Under the pieces are notes generated by a model. That model was not told where the DNA came from. It ran no database searches and saw only the letters and a list, made by a program, of their open reading frames with translations. DNA of 64,000 nt from Clostridia bacterium (lineage in GTDB: Bacteria > Bacillota > Clostridia > Christensenellales > CAG-138): positions 150-64,149 of the forward strand of contig JAEDIC010000008.1 in the NCBI GenBank assembly GCA_016292635.1, read 5' to 3'. Shown here one piece after another: positions 26,001 through 33,093 of this stretch (the stretch's first letter is position 1; the number at the start of each line of letters is the position of its first letter). Position numbers and translations under genes: made by a program.

Positions 26001-27683
26001 TATATCGCATCCTCGGCTCAATGCGAGGCCTGTTCGGACAGAAATGCTATACTGCGGGCGGGCTGGGATGCAGAGGAACTGCCAAACACTCATGGAACGG
26101 GCCGGGCTGCGTCAGCACTGCGCACGGTTATTCATATTGAGCCGGGGGAGGAGAAGGATATAGTATTCTTCCTTGGGGAGGACACACAAGAGGGAGCGGC
26201 GGTGGCCATGGAGACGGATGTTCGTGAGGAGCTGAACCGTGTAAAGGAACTTTGGCGGCAGCGGCTGGACGGAATAACGATACGCACGCCAAACCCCGCC
26301 ATGGACAGGATGATGAACGGGCGGCTGCTGTATCAGGTTTGGGCTGCAAGGCTGCTGGGCCGGTGCGGATACTATCAAAGCGGCGGGGCGTATGGATTCC
26401 GCGATCAGCTTCAGGATGTGATGTCGTTGCTGCATCATGAGCCGGAAAGGTCAAGACAGCATATACTTCTTTGCGCATCAAAGCAGTTTAAGGATGGAGA
26501 TGTGCTTCACTGGTGGCACAGCCCCAGCCGTGGTGTGCGTACCCGTATAGCGGATGACAGGCTGTTTCTGCCATACGTTGCGGAGGAATACGTGGAGGTC
26601 ACCGGGGACGCGTCAATACTCAGAGAAATGGTATCCTATCTGGCCCACAGGCCCATCCCCGAAGGATATCGGGATCTGTATGATGAGATGCGGGACAGCA
26701 GGGAAAAGGAAAGCCTGTATATGCATTGCGTAAGGGCGGTTGACAGCGTGCATACGGGCTATCACGGTCTGCCCATTATGGGAGGCGGAGACTGGAACGA
26801 CGGTATGGATATGGTCGGAGCGAACGGCGGAGAAAGCGTATGGCTGGGCTGGTTTATGATTGATGTGCTGGAGCGGATGGAGCGCATGGCAAACAGGATG
26901 AACAGAAAAGCCGATGCAAGGCGCTTTGTATTCCGCCGGGAAAGGCTAAAAGCCAATCTGGAGCGTGCATGGGACGGAGCGTGGTATCGCAGGGCATATT
27001 ATGGGGACGGAACGCCTCTCGGTTCACGGGAAAACTCCATGTGCGAAATAGACTGCATATCTCAGGCCTGGGCTGCCGTAGCGGGCGGAGAAAGGGCAAA
27101 TGAGGCCATGGATTCCTTGCTCACCATGCTTTATGATGAGCAGGAGGGCATAGTAAAGCTGCTGACACCGCCCTTCCAGCCTTCGGAGCAGTCTCCGGGA
27201 TACATCCAGGCATATATCCCCGGCGTAAGGGAAAACGGAGGGCAGTATACCCACGGGGCTGTGTGGGCTGTGAAGGGCCTTTGTAAACTTGGCAGGGGAG
27301 ATGAGGCCCTAAGGCTGTTTGATGCCCTCAATCCCATAAACCATACCCTGACCCATGCACAGGTCACAAAATACAAAACAGAGCCTTACGCCGTGGCGGG
27401 GGACGTATATTCGGGGCTGAACGCCGGGCGGGGCGGCTGGACATGGTATACCGGCGCTGCGGGCTGGATGTACAATGTATGCCTTGAGGATATGCTGGGG
27501 ATAAGGCGGCGGGGAAACGTGCTGGAGATAGCGCCAACTGTGCCCTTTGAGAGCTTTTCCGTGGAATACCGCTGGGGCAATAGCCGGTATATACTGAACC
27601 TTCGGGGCAAAAGCCGGGGGAGAGTGGTATTGTCAGATGATGGCCTTACCCATGAAATCACCATGGAGCCTCTGGGGGATTGA
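20040..27683 (+). CDS. Cyclic beta-1,2-glucan synthase-like multidomain giant (GT84-like glycosyltransferase + TM segments + alpha-helical glucanase/cyclization-like region + C-terminal GH94 phosphorylase-like domain; 2547 aa)
   Basis: Single 7.6-kb ORF. AGGGAGG (20028-20034) favours the ATG at 20040 over the ATG at 20016. GT-A motifs: CLTLDGDTVLPP (DxD) and QHRWMRGDWQ (QxxRW). Three or more clusters of TM helices. The C-terminal ~850 aa are colinear with cellobiose/chitobiose-phosphorylase-type (GH94) domains, as in Cgs/NdvB/ChvB. Confidence 0.85.
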   Translation: MLPNRTYNGLTDRACRTDELKEEARLRAELSVKGRRRCSLQLGADRRLLIAAYKKARETQASGALEALQRDFHIVEQALLGLDEEEQRRLPVLIHGSHAGLPRVYDIAACIVGGRDGRVDEGAISRFLDAYQSVAPLTMAETGALRDMLNAALIKLLSVECGRAMDSLKAEEAAGAAVDQLMKQRTKDRRRSILEKLDLGENPALVERLYTLLSERDMGDAIDGLTERLYLEDQDIEELCARARSERARGTQRTENAIHSLRIINSMDWETAFEQYSYTHRELSKDDTYMRMDARSRGYYRACVERLSARLGGAETVIARQAVQLASAKEGNEGEAGWYLFLDGREQLYAALRPDKRFKRPAEGKTLRAFVTIEVIFALLLIWLAATDGIAPLVLALLPAWSIAGLFTVRLFMSRAPVRYIPRLKETELSSERTLVVIPALITDEKALRTVMSQIERHMLSTRLDSCFYAVLGDFPDAEEPRLKGEKELLKLAESLTARLNAKYPFQIPRFYYLHRHRELNRADGIYMGRERKRGAVCDLVTLISEGNRTPFCTITHALPESIRYCLTLDGDTVLPPGAGAALIGCMEHPLNKPEVINGTVRKGYGLISPHMASSPRGAAKSPFARLVSGEPGIDGYFPTAVEFYQDVFGSGLFGGKGIFDVAAFRDTVMEWIPDNTVLSHDMLEGCFLHCGYAGDITLFDSEPSTFIAWWKRQHRWMRGDWQLLPFLRDSVRDAKGVRRENPLTMLARRKILDNLRRSMLPWGLMYTALLIPYTGFGWHFLLALLALWDGFGFDLLTLPYRMLTARNADPAGMIRDLQRPAKRALLDIVTLPYAANRCSSARNRSLYRIFVSHTKMLEWQTAAQVSGRPEGINGYYGALYFNPAVGIIMAAGAILGKTPLFASTLAVLWIGMPLLIWALDAPYPKYTASEDERETLLTIARGTWEFFQSFCKESSNYLPPDNFQQHPHRRPALNTSPTNIGMAVMAALSAMELGIIDRAEAAMRIERTAETIERMEKWHGHLYNWYRTDTLAVLPPRYVSTVDSGNLAASLLTAGQAMEEAGETLLSKRLFALARGMDFTQLYDGGRKLFHIGYDGDRCELSSSWYDLLASEARLTSLVAIAMGQVDHTHWFSLGRLMAPVCGRSLVSWSGTMFEYLMPLIFTGAVPGTLIHESCDSAIRAQKKYSGGQLWGISESGYYAFDRNMYYQYRAFGIQRLSLMGLREERVISPYSTLLALPLAPRAAMENLGQLTSLGMLGLYGMYEAVDYTESRVPEGRKYAMVKSYMAHHQGMGICSIANALLDGVLSEYFWRVPELGAVRILSEERIPSYGIAVKNLHSSEGRVRKAKTHREYKPRRSMGTLEVPEGQLLSNGSYTLFITDNGLGFSKKGNVMLTRWRPDHLRGDGGIHILIRCDGETFDAAKDAEAAFLPSKAEFFRRAGDIAAKLEICVSARQDGEMRRLTITNHGDDAKTVSVGSFFEPCLCSWAEDAAHPGFNRLTIDARLCRDMLIFEKRPKWGEQGEYLYTKLISPADVAYLSDRLKAQGRAKTLEQAMAQPVREEEVSSPVLPYAAARTEFVLEPGEGQELWLLMGHAESADRAAEDCEEMENDLGECFALADAQTDGMLAMTGTERGKAELFERIAARLLLALPQKDGGGQGGGLGTLWKHGISGDRPVVLIKVSRVTGLRLLKSLGEFAGYMEQRLCPVDVAAVGDYPAEYRNELRERMEAMEGIRLIHGYDLAEGEYEALRSAAHLEVDPAVSLNRQFAPKPVKDGEYRNYSEENHPPLNIEKPELEMDNGWGGFGSGGEYVITLEPGRSTPMPWSNVIANDCFGAIITERGGGYTWHENSRENKLTPWYDSPVDDPQGEFILLTDTESGETFSPFAGALQRGRVIVEHGYGYSRFTTGDCALNTRLTVFVHRDKPVKYSHITIKNPGEGRRTLSIMYGVEWCLGDISRPEAVYTHVESGCIFARNCRRERQEHEAYIASSAQCEACSDRNAILRAGWDAEELPNTHGTGRAASALRTVIHIEPGEEKDIVFFLGEDTQEGAAVAMETDVREELNRVKELWRQRLDGITIRTPNPAMDRMMNGRLLYQVWAARLLGRCGYYQSGGAYGFRDQLQDVMSLLHHEPERSRQHILLCASKQFKDGDVLHWWHSPSRGVRTRIADDRLFLPYVAEEYVEVTGDASILREMVSYLAHRPIPEGYRDLYDEMRDSREKESLYMHCVRAVDSVHTGYHGLPIMGGGDWNDGMDMVGANGGESVWLGWFMIDVLERMERMANRMNRKADARRFVFRRERLKANLERAWDGAWYRRAYYGDGTPLGSRENSMCEIDCISQAWAAVAGGERANEAMDSLLTMLYDEQEGIVKLLTPPFQPSEQSPGYIQAYIPGVRENGGQYTHGAVWAVKGLCKLGRGDEALRLFDALNPINHTLTHAQVTKYKTEPYAVAGDVYSGLNAGRGGWTWYTGAAGWMYNVCLEDMLGIRRRGNVLEIAPTVPFESFSVEYRWGNSRYILNLRGKSRGRVVLSDDGLTHEITMEPLGD

Positions 27684-27714
27684 ATTATGCCCCGTCATGC
27701 TGTAAAGTTAAGAT

Positions 27715-29601
27715 ATGGAGAAGAAAAACGACAATTTCATGCCTGTTTCACGGGCGGACATGGAGCGGCAGGGCATTGACCGGCTGGATTTTGTGTATAT
27801 AATCGGGGATGCCTATATAGACCATCCCAGCTTTGGCCCTGCAATTATCAGCCGTGTGCTGCAAAGCAAAGGGTACACCGTGGGCATAATATCCCAACCG
27901 GACTGGCACAGCCCGGATGACTTCAGGCGGCTTGGAAAACCAAGGCTGGGCTTCCTCATAAGCTCTGGCAATATAGACTCCATGGTTAACCACTATACCG
28001 TCGCCAAAAAGCGCCGCACCACCGATGCCTATACTCCCGGCGGAGAGATGGGCAAGCGGCCTGACAGGGCGGTTATCGTATACGCCAACAGAGCCCGTGA
28101 GGCATACAAGGGCGTGCCGATACTGATAGGCGGCATTGAAGCCAGCCTTCGCCGCTTTGCCCATTACGATTACTGGGATGACAGGGTGCGCCGCAGCATA
28201 CTTTGGGACAGCGGTGCGGACCTTCTCATGTACGGCATGGGGGAGCGGGTCATAGCCGAGGTCGCGGAGGCGCTGGACGGCGGTCTGCCGGTTGAGCAGA
28301 TAACCTATATTCCCGGCACCTGCTGCCGGGTAAAGGATCTGGATCACATATACGACTATAAGCTCATTCCCGGCTATGATGAAGTATCTACGGACAAAAA
28401 AGCCTATTGCAAGGCGTTTATGGCCCAGTATCGGGAGCAGGATGCCATAAGGGGCAAGCGGCTGGTTCAGCCCCATGGGGATGGATACCTTGTTGTAAAT
28501 CCTCCCGCGGCACCATTGAGCGAAGCGGAGATGGACGAGGTATACGGCCTGCCTTATACCAGAATGCCCCATCCCTCATACAAAAAGCATATACCCGCAA
28601 TGGATGAGATAGAGTTCTCAATCACCTCCTGCCGGGGCTGCTTCGGAGCCTGCTCCTTCTGCGCCCTTACCTTCCATCAGGGGCGGGTGATACAGACCCG
28701 AAGCCACAGCTCCATAATAAGCGAGGCAAAGCTTCTTATCTCCCATCCCGGCTTTAAGGGATACATACACGACGTGGGCGGCCCCACGGCAAATTTCCGC
28801 CAGCCCGCCTGCTCCGGGCAGCTTAAGCACGGCGTATGCCCGGACAGACAGTGCCTCGGATACAAGCCCTGCCCCAATATACAGGTGAACCACAGGGACT
28901 ATATAAAGCTTCTCAGGGAGCTTAGGGAACTGCCCGGAATAAAAAAGGTATTTGTTCGCTCTGGTATACGCTATGACTATGCCATGTACGATAAGTCCGA
29001 CGCATTTCTGAGGGAACTTGTGGAGCATCATATAAGCGGCAGGCTTAAGGTTGCCCCGGAGCATGTGGACGACAGGGTACTTAAGCTTATGGGCAAACCC
29101 TCAAGGGAGCTGTATGACAGATTTACCCAAAAATACGCAAGCCTAAACCGGTGCTTGGGCAAGGACCAGTATCTGGTGCCATATCTTATGAGCTCCCATC
29201 CCGGCAGCGACCTTAGCTGCGCCGTGGAGCTTGCGGAATATATTCACAAAACAGGCCAGCGCCCCGAGCAGGTACAGGATTTTTATCCCACCCCCGGCAC
29301 GCTGTCTACCTGTATGTATCACACGGGCTTCGACCCACGCACAATGGAAAAGGTGTATGTGCCCAAGGACAGGCAGGAAAAGGAAATGCAGCGGGCGCTG
29401 ATGCAGTATTTCATGCCCCAATACAGGGAGAAGGCACGTCAGGCACTCATAAAGGCAAACCGGGAGGACCTTATTGGCACGGGTAAAAACTGCCTGGTGC
29501 CGCCCCGGAGGGAAGAACGACCCACTCAAAATGGCAAGTCAAAGGCCAAAAAACCACGCGGGGAAAAGAAAGGCATACCGCGGAAAAAACATGTAAAATA
29601 A
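27715..29601 (+). CDS. ygiQ: YgiQ family radical SAM protein (628 aa)
   Basis: N-terminal [19 protein letters not shown], a radical SAM cluster motif ([11 protein letters not shown]) and a basic C-terminal tail. An alternative start exists at the ATG at 27739. Confidence 0.9.
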   Translation: MEKKNDNFMPVSRADMERQGIDRLDFVYIIGDAYIDHPSFGPAIISRVLQSKGYTVGIISQPDWHSPDDFRRLGKPRLGFLISSGNIDSMVNHYTVAKKRRTTDAYTPGGEMGKRPDRAVIVYANRAREAYKGVPILIGGIEASLRRFAHYDYWDDRVRRSILWDSGADLLMYGMGERVIAEVAEALDGGLPVEQITYIPGTCCRVKDLDHIYDYKLIPGYDEVSTDKKAYCKAFMAQYREQDAIRGKRLVQPHGDGYLVVNPPAAPLSEAEMDEVYGLPYTRMPHPSYKKHIPAMDEIEFSITSCRGCFGACSFCALTFHQGRVIQTRSHSSIISEAKLLISHPGFKGYIHDVGGPTANFRQPACSGQLKHGVCPDRQCLGYKPCPNIQVNHRDYIKLLRELRELPGIKKVFVRSGIRYDYAMYDKSDAFLRELVEHHISGRLKVAPEHVDDRVLKLMGKPSRELYDRFTQKYASLNRCLGKDQYLVPYLMSSHPGSDLSCAVELAEYIHKTGQRPEQVQDFYPTPGTLSTCMYHTGFDPRTMEKVYVPKDRQEKEMQRALMQYFMPQYREKARQALIKANREDLIGTGKNCLVPPRREERPTQNGKSKAKKPRGEKKGIPRKKHVK

Positions 29602-29603
29602 TA

Positions 29604-29631
29604 AAATGAGCCGAAATTTTCGGCCCATTTT
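29604..29631 (+). terminator. ygiQ terminator hairpin, copy 1 (slightly degenerate)
   Basis: AAATGAGCCGA-aatt-TCGGCCCATTTT, with one A/C mismatch in the stem. It is 27/28 identical to 29831..29858. Confidence 0.55.
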
Positions 29632-29830
29632 AGGTTGTCGAAAAAGTGGCATTATGCCACTTTTTCGAGGTTTACATGGCTCCCTTGTGCCTGCGGCACG
29701 GCCAGGGATCCATGAAAAGAAACCCTTGCTGCGCAAGGCTTTTGCGGATTTGCCGCACATGTCGCCAAATCCGATTGAAGCCTTTGGGGGCTGCGGCCCC
29801 CAAACCCCCAAGGGGTTTTTTGACAGTCAG
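29632..29830 (+). repeat. Structured multi-hairpin intergenic repeat element, copy A (199 nt)
   Basis: Five to six consecutive hairpins ending in CCCC-aa-GGGG plus T6. About 90% identical (by eye) to the reverse complement of 34526..34696. Flanked by a duplicated terminator hairpin. Confidence 0.8.
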
Positions 29831-29860
29831 AAATGAGCCGAAATTTTCGGCTCATTTTTA
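29831..29860 (+). terminator. Terminator hairpin, copy 2 (perfect stem)
   Basis: AAATGAGCCGA-aatt-TCGGCTCATTT followed by TTATTTTT. Confidence 0.7.
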
Positions 29861-29905
29861 TTTTTATCATCTTTTGGGCAGATTAAAAAGAAAAAGGGGA
29901 AAACC

Positions 29906-30052
29906 ATGACAAAGAAAAGAATATTATGGCTGGCGCTGGCCATAGGGCTGATAGCCGCCATAGGTGCGTCGCTGCTGTTTCATAAGGACATTGAGAACAA
30001 AACCCATAACGGGGCCATGTTCGTAATGAGGGAAAATTATCAGATATCCTGA
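29906..30052 (+). CDS. Small single-TM protein (48 aa), not in the ORF track (<60 aa)
   Basis: ATG at 29906 preceded by AAAAGGGGAAAA. Sequence: MTKKRILWLALAIGLIAAIGASLLFHKDIENKTHNGAMFVMRENYQIS. Positive-inside N-terminus plus one hydrophobic helix. Its 3' end overlaps the convergent PII-like gene by 13 nt. Confidence 0.35.
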   Translation: MTKKRILWLALAIGLIAAIGASLLFHKDIENKTHNGAMFVMRENYQIS

Positions 30053-30732
30053 TCCTCGTCCTCCGGGGTGCGTATGCCGGCAACGGCCTCCACGGGCAGG
30101 GAGAACATTACGGTGCGGGCGGGGGATTTTACTCCCGCCTTTTGCATAATGGAGTTCATTATGGCTGTGCGCCTGTCAGTTGGGGCAACTATGTATACCA
30201 TGTCCTTTTCATCGGCAATGGATACGCCGAAGAACTTTGCCCGCTCTTCGCCCAGCGTGCCCTTGGCGTGTACTATTGTGCCGCCGGTGGCGCCCGCATC
30301 GCAGGCCGCGTCCATAACTATATCCGTATGACCGTGCTCGGTAATTGCTATTATAAGGGAATGCTTGCTTTCTTTCACTTTCTTTACCTCTTCTCCCATG
30401 ATGATGTCCTCGGTGCAGAGTGCCCGCAGGGCGGATGCCCCGCCGATACATTCAAGATTGACGAAAAACGCTATGCCGCTGTTTGGCGCATCTATGCGCA
30501 TCTCGGTGCGAAGATGTCTCAGTATGTGGCCTATGCGGGAGGAAGGTACAACGCAGGAGAGCATTTGCTTGTCCTTTGCCTCAAGGCCCAGCATATCCAG
30601 CAGCTTTTTGCGGGCAGAGCCCTCGCATAGGGTGCTGTATACCATACAGGCGCCGTTGTGCCGGAAAAAGTGGATATACTCCTCCGAAAGATCCCGCCTT
30701 ATTACGGCTATGGCCATGCTGTATCCGTTCAT
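30040..30732 (-). CDS. Tandem P-II-like (GlnB-superfamily) protein (230 aa)
   Basis: Two ferredoxin-like PII-type halves (MAIAVIRRD...ECIGG and HSLIIAITEHGHTDIVMDAACDAGATGGTIVHAKG...). The ATG overlaps the stop of the upstream DUF1538 gene (ATGA). Confidence 0.75.
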   Translation of the reverse strand: MNGYSMAIAVIRRDLSEEYIHFFRHNGACMVYSTLCEGSARKKLLDMLGLEAKDKQMLSCVVPSSRIGHILRHLRTEMRIDAPNSGIAFFVNLECIGGASALRALCTEDIIMGEEVKKVKESKHSLIIAITEHGHTDIVMDAACDAGATGGTIVHAKGTLGEERAKFFGVSIADEKDMVYIVAPTDRRTAIMNSIMQKAGVKSPARTVMFSLPVEAVAGIRTPEDEDQDI

Positions 30733-32282
30733 TCCTCTCCTCCTTCGAATACGATGATGATCTCTTCCCCGGTCTCAATATCCTCAGCTTGTTCTATGGG
30801 CTGAACAGCTTTGGCTGCCTGCTTTGCCTTGTGCTTATAAACAAGGCCCAGTACCTGTATGGTGATAAGGGGTATCATGGCAACCATGGCTACCACGCCG
30901 AAAGCGTCCTGCGCAACGTTTCCTCCCACCGCAACGCATAAGCCCATGGCGAGGGGCAGCAGGAATGTGGCGGCCATAGGGCCGGAGGCTACTCCGCCGG
31001 AGTCAAAGGCGATAGCGGTGAACATTGGGGGCACAAAGAAGCTGAGTATCAGCGCCGCGGCGTAACCCGGACCAAGTATCCACATTATGGGCAATCCGGT
31101 TAGCACCCTTGTCATGGCAAGGCCAACGGATATTGCCACGCCTATGGAAAGGCTAAGGCTCATGGCTTTCTGGGGTATGGCGCCTTCCGTCATATCCGCA
31201 ACCTGCTTGTTCAGCACATGAACGGCGGGCTCAGCGGCTACTATAAAGTAGCCCAGCAGCATGCCTATGGGTACGATTATCCACCTGTAAGGCAGTATGC
31301 CTATCAGCTCCCCAAGGTAATTGCCCACCGGCATAAAGCCGACGTTTGCCCCGGTAAGGAACAGCACGAGGCCGAGGTATGTATAAAGTATGCCAACCAG
31401 CGCGCGAACGAGCTCATTGCCCCGCATACGGGACTTGGGCAGCTGGAATACGGCGAATATGCCTGCTATTGGCAGGAATGCCATAGCTACTTCCTTAAAA
31501 TAATGAGGAAACGCGTCGGCGTACAGCTTCCACAGCTCCATTGAGTTGCTTATTTCAGGCACTACAAAGGGGGAGTATGCTCCGCCTTCGGTGCGATAAA
31601 GGAGACCCAGCAGCAGCACTGCGATAACGGGGCCAACCGAACAGAGGGCTATAAGGCCAAAGCTGTCCTCTCCGGCGCGTCTGTCGCTTCTAACGGAGGA
31701 CACGCCAACGCCCAGGGCCATTATAAAGGGTACTGTCATAGGGCCTGTGGTAACGCCGCCCGAATCAAAGGCTGTGGAAAGATAATCCCTTGGCACGAAG
31801 AAGGACAGTATGAACAGCGCTCCATAAAAACCAACCAGCAGCCAGCGCAGGGAAATATTGAGGAATATTCTCAGCATGGCAAGCACAAGGAACAGGCCGA
31901 CGCCCAGCGCAACGGACCATATTATAACGGGGTTGGGAATATTTGGCACCTGCTGGGCAAGCACCATGAGATCCGGCTCGGATACGGTTATAAAAATGCC
32001 CACCGCAAAGCTGACTATGAGGATCAGCCAAAGCTTTCTTGAGCGGGACATCACCGAGCCTATGTGCTCGCCTATGCGGCTCATGGCCATATCCGCGCCC
32101 AGAGAGAAAAGCCCCATGCCAACTATCAGGGAGCAGGCTCCCAGCACAAATGCCAGCATAACGCTGCTGGGGACCGGCGCCACAAAAAAGCATAGCAGAA
32201 ATATGACCGCCGTGACAGGCAGCACGGATTTTAGTGACTCCGCCAGCTTTTCCGGCAGAACCGTACGAAGTATGGATCTCAC
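30729..32282 (-). CDS. DUF1538 family polytopic membrane protein (duplicated domain, ~517 aa)
   Basis: ORF 30729..32462(-). The N-terminal 60 codons of the ORF are Cys-rich and AT-rich and not protein-like. The GTG at 32282 gives MRSILRTVLPEKLAESLKSVLPV..., which resembles typical DUF1538 N-termini. An alternative ATG lies at 32369. Two GGVTTGP / GGVASGP repeats. Confidence 0.8.
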   Translation of the reverse strand: MRSILRTVLPEKLAESLKSVLPVTAVIFLLCFFVAPVPSSVMLAFVLGACSLIVGMGLFSLGADMAMSRIGEHIGSVMSRSRKLWLILIVSFAVGIFITVSEPDLMVLAQQVPNIPNPVIIWSVALGVGLFLVLAMLRIFLNISLRWLLVGFYGALFILSFFVPRDYLSTAFDSGGVTTGPMTVPFIMALGVGVSSVRSDRRAGEDSFGLIALCSVGPVIAVLLLGLLYRTEGGAYSPFVVPEISNSMELWKLYADAFPHYFKEVAMAFLPIAGIFAVFQLPKSRMRGNELVRALVGILYTYLGLVLFLTGANVGFMPVGNYLGELIGILPYRWIIVPIGMLLGYFIVAAEPAVHVLNKQVADMTEGAIPQKAMSLSLSIGVAISVGLAMTRVLTGLPIMWILGPGYAAALILSFFVPPMFTAIAFDSGGVASGPMAATFLLPLAMGLCVAVGGNVAQDAFGVVAMVAMIPLITIQVLGLVYKHKAKQAAKAVQPIEQAEDIETGEEIIIVFEGGEE

Positions 32283-32419
32283 CTTAAGAAAAACACACCC
32301 TTCCGATATGTACTGATATAATCTTAACTTATTTGTACCTTCCGCACAACACCGAAGGAAAAAGTTCATCTTTTTTAACGAAATAAAAACACACATTGAC
32401 GGCAATGTAACCAACGCCT

Positions 32420-32448
32420 GCATAAATGCCGCCCCCCTGCGCAAAATA
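32420..32448 (+). promoter_or_regulatory. Forespore sigma (sigma-G/sigma-F)-like promoter upstream of the spoVA genes
   Basis: GCATA (32420-32424), 17 nt, CAAAATA (32442-32448). This is close to the GnATR-N17/18-CAtAnTA consensus as I remember it. The spoVA operons of Bacilli are sigma-G dependent. Confidence 0.4.
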
Positions 32449-32489
32449 TACCGAGAATACAAAAGCTGTTAAAAAGGGGGCATGTAATA

Positions 32490-32627
32490 TTGAGCAAGGC
32501 AAAGGAACGGGCAACACTGCCTGAAATGGAGCTTATACCCCGTGAGGAACGGGATCAGGAGGAGATAAGATACAGAGGATATACGGAAAAGGTATACAAC
32601 AGGGAGGTGAGCGTCTGTGGCAAATAA
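32490..32627 (+). CDS. Candidate 45-codon highly charged ORF overlapping the spoVAC start
   Basis: TTG at 32490 preceded by AAAAAGGGGG (9-nt spacing). Sequence: (M)SKAKERATLPEMELIPREERDQEEIRYRGYTEKVYNREVSVCGK. The stop TAA at 32625-32627 lies 11 nt inside spoVAC. It is the first ORF after the sigma-G-like promoter. Confidence 0.25.
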   Translation: MSKAKERATLPEMELIPREERDQEEIRYRGYTEKVYNREVSVCGK

Positions 32628-33078
32628 AAAGCAGAAAACGCCGGAACAGCAACGGTATCAGCAGCGGGTAAACGAAAAAATGCCACGCAGCAAAACATTC
32701 AGCCAATGCATACGGGCATTCATATCCGGAGGCATCATCTGCTGCATAGGCCAGCTGGTGCGGGATGCAGGCGAAAATCTGCTGATGCTGGATGAGGAAG
32801 GCGTGGCGGCTTTCACCGCCATAGTGATGGTATTCCTTGGCGCAAGCCTCACCGGCCTCGGCGTATACGACAATATTGGCACATGGGCCGGAGCGGGCAG
32901 TATTGTACCCATTACCGGTTTTGCCAATTCTATAGTGTCTCCTGCGATGGAATTTAAGCGGGAGGGATTCGTTACGGGTACCGCGGCGAAAATGTTCACC
33001 ATTGCCGGGCCTGTGCTGGTATACGGCGTAGGCAGCTCCGTAATAGTTGGGCTGATATATGCCCTGTTCAGAATGTAA
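32617..33078 (+). CDS. spoVAC: Stage V sporulation protein AC (153 aa)
   Basis: GTG start with GGGAGGTG 9 nt upstream. Four TM helices. CIRAFISGGIICCIGQ and ITGFANS motifs are typical of SpoVAC. Confidence 0.9.
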   Translation: MANKKQKTPEQQRYQQRVNEKMPRSKTFSQCIRAFISGGIICCIGQLVRDAGENLLMLDEEGVAAFTAIVMVFLGASLTGLGVYDNIGTWAGAGSIVPITGFANSIVSPAMEFKREGFVTGTAAKMFTIAGPVLVYGVGSSVIVGLIYALFRM

Positions 33079-33093
33079 AAGGGGGAAAATAAT

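Noticed and set aside
29606-29909. ORFs of 76-90 aa running through repeat copy A (29606..29836, 29646..29909, 29539..29811, 29652..29870), and the N-terminal part of ORF 33813..34610 through copy B, giving similar peptides (..LRKAFADLPHMSPNPIEAFGG..).
   Set aside because: The peptide similarity merely reflects nucleotide identity of a hairpin-rich repeat. Differences between copies are not biased to synonymous positions, the frames cross terminator hairpins, and no RBSs are present.
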